From the NCBI RefSeq assembly GCF_000009605.1, contig NC_002252.1, positions 1 through 7,258 of the forward strand: 7,258 nucleotides of DNA, given 5' to 3'. Below, one piece after another: positions 7,240 to 7,258 of this stretch. The position numbers and the translations under genes were made by a program. Every line of letters starts with the position of its first letter. The first letter of the stretch is position 1. The notes under the pieces were generated by a model. The model did not search any database. It saw nothing but the letters and a program-made list of their open reading frames with translations, and had not been told where the DNA came from. The DNA comes from Buchnera aphidicola str. APS (Acyrthosiphon pisum) (GTDB lineage: Bacteria; Pseudomonadota; Gammaproteobacteria; Enterobacterales; Enterobacteriaceae).

Positions 7240-7258
7240 AAAACGAAAATTAGATGAA

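Larger units (their letters stand above)
3629..7258 (+). repeat. Tandem direct repeat unit 2 (3630 bp): frameshifted trpE, trpG and the ori-containing non-coding spacer
   Basis: Same alignment as unit 1. Unit 2 ends at the window end with tagatgaa, the same 8 nt that end unit 1 at 3621..3628, so the ends of the window join into a circle. Confidence 0.97.
6788..7258. other. Putative DnaA-dependent replication origin (unit 2)
   Basis: The sequence is identical to unit 1 apart from a T10 -> T9 tract (3257..3266 vs 6888..6896). Confidence 0.55.

Noticed and set aside
1-7258. Interpreting the long direct repeats as a CRISPR array, a composite transposon, or an assembly-collapsed mobile element
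   Set aside because: The repeat unit is 3.6 kb with no spacers. There is no transposase, integrase or recombinase ORF and no terminal inverted repeats. The repeat content is a metabolic operon plus an origin. This is a tandem gene amplification.
1-7258. A novel defence, toxin-antitoxin or other undescribed multi-gene system
   Set aside because: Apart from two trpE and two trpG copies there are no substantial ORFs on either strand. Nothing in the sequence supports such a system, so claiming one would be invention.

Overview
The window is two head-to-tail copies of one ~3.63 kb unit: unit 1 = 1..3628 and unit 2 = 3629..7258. By eye the copies are well over 99% identical. Each unit carries anthranilate synthase component I (trpE), a stand-alone glutamine amidotransferase component II (trpG), and a ~1.46 kb ORF-poor spacer. 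The spacer ends in a perfect DnaA box followed by an extremely AT-rich tract, which is a putative origin. The last 8 nt of the window (tagatgaa) followed by its first bases reproduce the internal unit junction at 3621..3640. The window therefore looks like a complete circular two-unit molecule. The extreme AT richness, the Lys/Asn/Ile-rich proteins and the trpEG-only content match the known trpEG amplification plasmids of the aphid endosymbiont Buchnera aphidicola. From memory, pTrp of the Acyrthosiphon pisum strain is 7,258 bp, the same length as this window; this needs a BLAST check. I see no novel multi-gene system (defence, mobile element, CRISPR), and I do not want to invent one. What deserves a second look is the small set of differences between the two copies. 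Copy 2 trpE has a 2-bp CA duplication that frameshifts the C-terminus, and a Met-to-Val change in the NPSPYM tryptophan-feedback motif. All single-base homopolymer length differences lie in non-coding DNA. A paired C-run indel leaves an unannotated 59-codon ORF in frame. Other points are the TTG start of trpE, which overlaps a 4-codon ATG mini-ORF across a T7 tract, and the absence of any plasmid rep gene.
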